DNA of 64,000 nucleotides from assembly GCA_973895155.1 (NCBI GenBank), contig OZ316896.1:22959722-23023721 (forward strand), read 5' to 3'. Of this stretch, positions 63,440 to 64,000 are shown piece after piece. A program made the position numbers and the translations under genes. This DNA is from Marsupella aquatica (Eukaryota; Plantae; Marchantiophyta). The stretch's first letter is position 1, and each line of letters begins with the position of its first letter. The notes under the pieces are model-generated. The model was not told the origin of the DNA. It saw nothing but the letters and a program-made list of their open reading frames with translations, and searched no databases.

Positions 63440-64000
63440 ATGGGGCTGTTCGAGGCGGTGGACGGGGTGATCTCCAATGTGATCTTCACTGGGTTTGAAA
63501 AGGTACTCGGAAGGAAGCTGAGCGAGTCGAATGTCACAAAGGGGCTCCCCTTCGTGGACAGCCCAACTCCCATTGTGCTTGGCTTATCCTGTTACCTTGC
63601 GTTCGTCATCACGGGACTACTCGTGATCAAGGCTCAGAATCTGAAGCCCAGAGCCAAGGAGCCGCTTACTCTGAAAGTCTTCGTCATCTTCCACAATACC
63701 TGTTGCTTTCTTCTCAGCCTCTACATGTGCTTGGGCATCATTCGGCAGGCCATCTTGAACCGGTACTCGTTCTGGGGCAACGCATATAACCCTAAGCAGA
63801 TTGAAATGGCTCACCTGATCTACATTTTCTACATGTCGAAGTACATTGAGTTCTTGGACACGGTCATCATGATTCTCAAGTCCAGTACCCGACAAATCAC
63901 AGTGCTGCATGTTTACCATCATGCCTCTATTTCTTTTATTTGGTGGGTAATTGCTTACCATGCTCCAGGTGGGGAAGCCTATTTCTCAGCTGCCTTGAAC
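63440..64000 (+). CDS. ELO/GNS1-family delta-6 polyunsaturated fatty acid elongase (partial; runs off the window)
   Basis: 187 uninterrupted codons MGLFEAVDGV...TKGLPFVDSPTP...FYMSKYIEFLDTVIMIL...LHVYHHAS...HAPGGEAYFSAALN, with KxxEFxDT and HxxHH boxes; closely resembles bryophyte delta-6 elongases (MpELO1/PSE1 type). It is missing from the ORF track because there is no stop codon in the window. Confidence 0.95.
   Translation, partial: MGLFEAVDGVISNVIFTGFEKVLGRKLSESNVTKGLPFVDSPTPIVLGLSCYLAFVITGLLVIKAQNLKPRAKEPLTLKVFVIFHNTCCFLLSLYMCLGIIRQAILNRYSFWGNAYNPKQIEMAHLIYIFYMSKYIEFLDTVIMILKSSTRQITVLHVYHHASISFIWWVIAYHAPGGEAYFSAALN

Noticed and set aside
63617-63961. 114-aa minus-strand ORF
   Set aside because: Antisense shadow of the elongase.

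Overview
Eukaryotic plant nuclear DNA with GT-AG introns, most likely from a liverwort or another non-seed plant (inferred from a Marchantia-type delta-6 elongase and an alpha-kinase). The left ~26 kb is transposon-rich. Its centrepiece is a fully delimited 11,820-bp DNA transposon (7957-19776; 33-bp TIRs, 4-bp AGGT target-site duplication). It encodes a spliced Sola2-like DDD transposase and two convergently oriented passenger genes: a coiled-coil/RING-H2 protein and a stand-alone RPA70-C-like OB-fold protein. All three genes are lightly pseudogenised. Around it are four ~300-bp MITEs with 8-bp TSDs, a TA-flanked mariner/pogo-like element and decayed TE remnants. At 29.4-32.8 kb is an apparently intact 6-exon gene for a tandem-repeat coiled-coil + vWA + alpha-kinase protein. 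The right part holds conserved genes: a small putative mitochondrial membrane protein, FBL11-like BTB-LRR, SDE2, and an ELO elongase truncated by the window end. Many short tandem arrays are scattered throughout. Family assignments rest on motif recognition only; no searches were run.
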